Shown: one piece after another, positions 4,963 through 6,992 of the stretch
Layout: each line of letters opens with the position of its first letter
Position numbering within the stretch: position 1 is the stretch's first letter
IMG/VR virus record: IMGVR_UViG_2778260997_000016
Location: 1 to 6,992 of that record
Strand: one strand, 5' to 3'
Source: a virus
Taxonomy: Duplodnaviria > Heunggongvirae > Uroviricota > Caudoviricetes
DNA length: 6,992 bases
The notes under the pieces: generated by a model
Told to the model about the DNA's origin: nothing
The model's input: only the letters and a program-made list of their open reading frames with translations
Database searches by the model: none
Made by a program: the position numbers and the translations under genes

Positions 4963-6992
4963 GTGCGTTTGCATGGAGCTGGAATGAACCACGACCAGCT
5001 ATTGATCCGGCCAGATTTACGGAGCGCAGGCAGGAAACTGAAACCGACCTGCAACGCGCCATCCGTTACTACCTTGAGGCGGACAAAAGGGCACAGGAAG
5101 AACAGGAAGCGAAGGAAGAAGCCTTTTTCGCACAATCCGCCATGGGTAAAAAACTCATGGCATCCCTTGAGGAAGCCGGACAGCGTGAAAAGCTGGCACA
5201 GAGCATCATCAGTAAGCGCCGGGCAACAGAACAAGACCCGGTGGCCCGTGCTTTTGCCACACTGAAGGTGCTTCCCGTTTATCTGCGTGAACCTCTGAGC
5301 CGCCACCTCTCTTTCCTGCGCAAAAAACAGGAATCCGATCGTCAGAAAGGCAAAAAGAGCTGGCAGGCTGAACGCTACGCGCGCGGAACCCTGCGCAAAA
5401 TATTCGTACGTCTGGACCGCACCGACAGCCGTTGGCTGACACCGGGTTATCGGTCCCTTGCCGGACGTGAACGCCTGGACGATTTGCTTTACCTGCCGCA
5501 GCTCAACAAACACCAGATACAGACGCTGGCCACCATGACGGCGGCGATGTTCAGCAGCACCTTCGAAAAACTCTGCGATGGCTTTGGCGCGACCGATGGC
5601 GAACTGACCATGGATGTAACGCTGAAGGCGTATCAGATGCTGGCCCGCATGGCGTTACACCTGCACATCATGCCTCCACATTATGACGCACTGACAACAG
5701 ATAAAGACCGGAGGAACGAACCGGACACGGAGCTGCTGCCGGGCGCAATCCTTCGCCTGACCTGTACGGAATGGTGGAAACGCAAACTGTGGCTGTTACG
5801 TTGCGAGTGGAGAGAAGAACAACTCCGCGCCGCCTGTCTGGTTTCCAGAAAAACATCGCCCTATCTGAGCCAGGACGCATTAAGCGAGTTTCGCGCACAG
5901 CGCGAGAAAACACGCGATTTCCTGAAAAGTTTCATGCTGGAAAACGAAGATGGATTCACGATTGATCTCGAGACAGTGTATTACGCGGGAGTAAGTAACC
6001 CGGTTCACCGTAAGGCAGAAATGATGGCCACCATGAAGGGGCTGGAACTTCTGGCCGAAGCCCGTGGCGACAAAGCGGTGTTTCTGACTGTCACCTGCCC
6101 GTCAAAATACCACGCCACAACAGAGAACGGTCATCCGAATCCCAAATGGAACGGGGCCACCATGCGCGACTCCAGCGATTACCTGGTTAACACGTTTTTT
6201 GCGGCGGTCCGCAAAAAACTGAACCGCGATGGCCTGCGCTGGTATGGCATCCGCACGGTGGAGCCTCACCATGACGGCACCGTGCACTGGCATATGATGG
6301 TCTTTGCTCATCCGGAAGAAATCGACACTATTGTGTCCCACACCCGCGATATTGCCATTCAGGAAGATCGTCACGAGCTGGGTGATGATATTACCCCACG
6401 CTTTAAGGCGGAGTACGTCGACGGCTCAAAAGGCACACCGACCAGCTACATCGCCACCTACATCGGGAAAAACCTGGACAGCCGTGCCGTGGATGGCATC
6501 GACCCGAAAACGGGCAAGCCACGCGTTGACCACGAAACCGGAAAATCAATGGCCGAGAGCGTGGAACGCGCCATCGGCTGGGCGCGCCTTCACCGGGTCC
6601 GCCAGTTCCAGTTCTTTGGCATCCCCTCCCGCCAGGTATGGCGTGAACTGCGCCGCCTTGCCAGCCAGATGGCACGCAACCCGGAAGGCCCGCAACGGCT
6701 GAAGGATGACGCAATGGATGCGGTTCTTGCCGCCGCTGATGCCGGATGTTTTGCCACCTACATAGAGAAACAGGGCGGCGTACTTGTTCCACGCAAAGAC
6801 TACCTGATTCGCACCGCCTACGACCTCGCCGATGAGCTGAACGATTACGGCGAACAGAGCGTACAGATTTACGGGATCTGGTCGCCATTCATCGGGGAAT
6901 CCTCCCGTGTGTGCACGCATCCGGATAACTGGAAGCTGGTAAGACGTAAACCGGAAGCGGAAGACAGCGCCCGCGAAAATGGTTTTGACCTT
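4959..6992 (+). CDS. A: Replication initiation protein A, HUH-type rolling-circle endonuclease; 3' end truncated by the window (678 codons present)
   Basis: Frame opens at ATG 4959 and continues without a stop to the window end, so it is absent from the ORF track. Translation contains the HUH motif VHWHMMVF (codons at 6285..6293) and paired tyrosines YIATY (6447..6461). Overall resemblance to the P2 gpA family, last gene of the early operon. Confidence 0.9.
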   Translation, partial: MSAFAWSWNEPRPAIDPARFTERRQETETDLQRAIRYYLEADKRAQEEQEAKEEAFFAQSAMGKKLMASLEEAGQREKLAQSIISKRRATEQDPVARAFATLKVLPVYLREPLSRHLSFLRKKQESDRQKGKKSWQAERYARGTLRKIFVRLDRTDSRWLTPGYRSLAGRERLDDLLYLPQLNKHQIQTLATMTAAMFSSTFEKLCDGFGATDGELTMDVTLKAYQMLARMALHLHIMPPHYDALTTDKDRRNEPDTELLPGAILRLTCTEWWKRKLWLLRCEWREEQLRAACLVSRKTSPYLSQDALSEFRAQREKTRDFLKSFMLENEDGFTIDLETVYYAGVSNPVHRKAEMMATMKGLELLAEARGDKAVFLTVTCPSKYHATTENGHPNPKWNGATMRDSSDYLVNTFFAAVRKKLNRDGLRWYGIRTVEPHHDGTVHWHMMVFAHPEEIDTIVSHTRDIAIQEDRHELGDDITPRFKAEYVDGSKGTPTSYIATYIGKNLDSRAVDGIDPKTGKPRVDHETGKSMAESVERAIGWARLHRVRQFQFFGIPSRQVWRELRRLASQMARNPEGPQRLKDDAMDAVLAAADAGCFATYIEKQGGVLVPRKDYLIRTAYDLADELNDYGEQSVQIYGIWSPFIGESSRVCTHPDNWKLVRRKPEAEDSARENGFDL

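Larger units (their letters stand above)
1..6992. mobile_element. P2-like temperate phage/prophage segment: lysogeny module plus early replication operon; boundaries not determinable within the window
   Basis: Gene order and orientation (cargo <- int <- C | switch | cox-like -> small early ORFs -> A) matches P2-family organisation. The integrase, C-type repressor and HUH initiator were each recognised from their translations. Confidence 0.7.

Noticed and set aside
4812-5513. 233-aa ORF on the minus strand
   Set aside because: It lies entirely antisense to the well-supported gene A reading frame; long antisense ORFs are expected in GC-rich coding sequence. No start context was found.
6304-6920. 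ORFs 6304..6702 (+), 6403..6888 (-) and 6546..6920 (-)
   Set aside because: All are alternate-frame or antisense overlaps of gene A, with Arg/Pro/Gly-rich translations typical of non-coding frames in GC-rich DNA.

Overview
The window reads as the lysogeny-control and early-replication end of a P2-like temperate phage or prophage from an enterobacterium; all calls are from reading the sequence by eye, with no database search run. Leftward (minus strand) there is one transcription unit: a P2 C-type repressor (2261..2569), a tyrosine integrase (1234..2211), two cargo genes and an intrinsic terminator (57..83). The cargo genes are an AT-rich 4-Cys zinc-ribbon protein (731..1231), whose start lies 2 nt past the int stop behind a GGAGGA Shine-Dalgarno, and a tail-anchored membrane protein (193..630 or ..747) built from five 33-bp/11-residue tandem repeats. 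A roughly 96-bp divergent switch region (2570..2665) carries a perfect 20-bp palindrome and a direct-repeat half-site. Rightward (plus strand) a tightly packed early operon follows: a Cox/Apl-position gene, several small unknown ORFs (three ATGA stop/start overlaps, an unlisted 37-aa membrane peptide, one gene with a likely frameshift), and the HUH rolling-circle initiator gene A (4959..6992, running off the window end). The best candidate for an undescribed system is the int-coupled cargo pair, plausibly a lysogen-expressed conversion or phage-exclusion module; its function is inference only.
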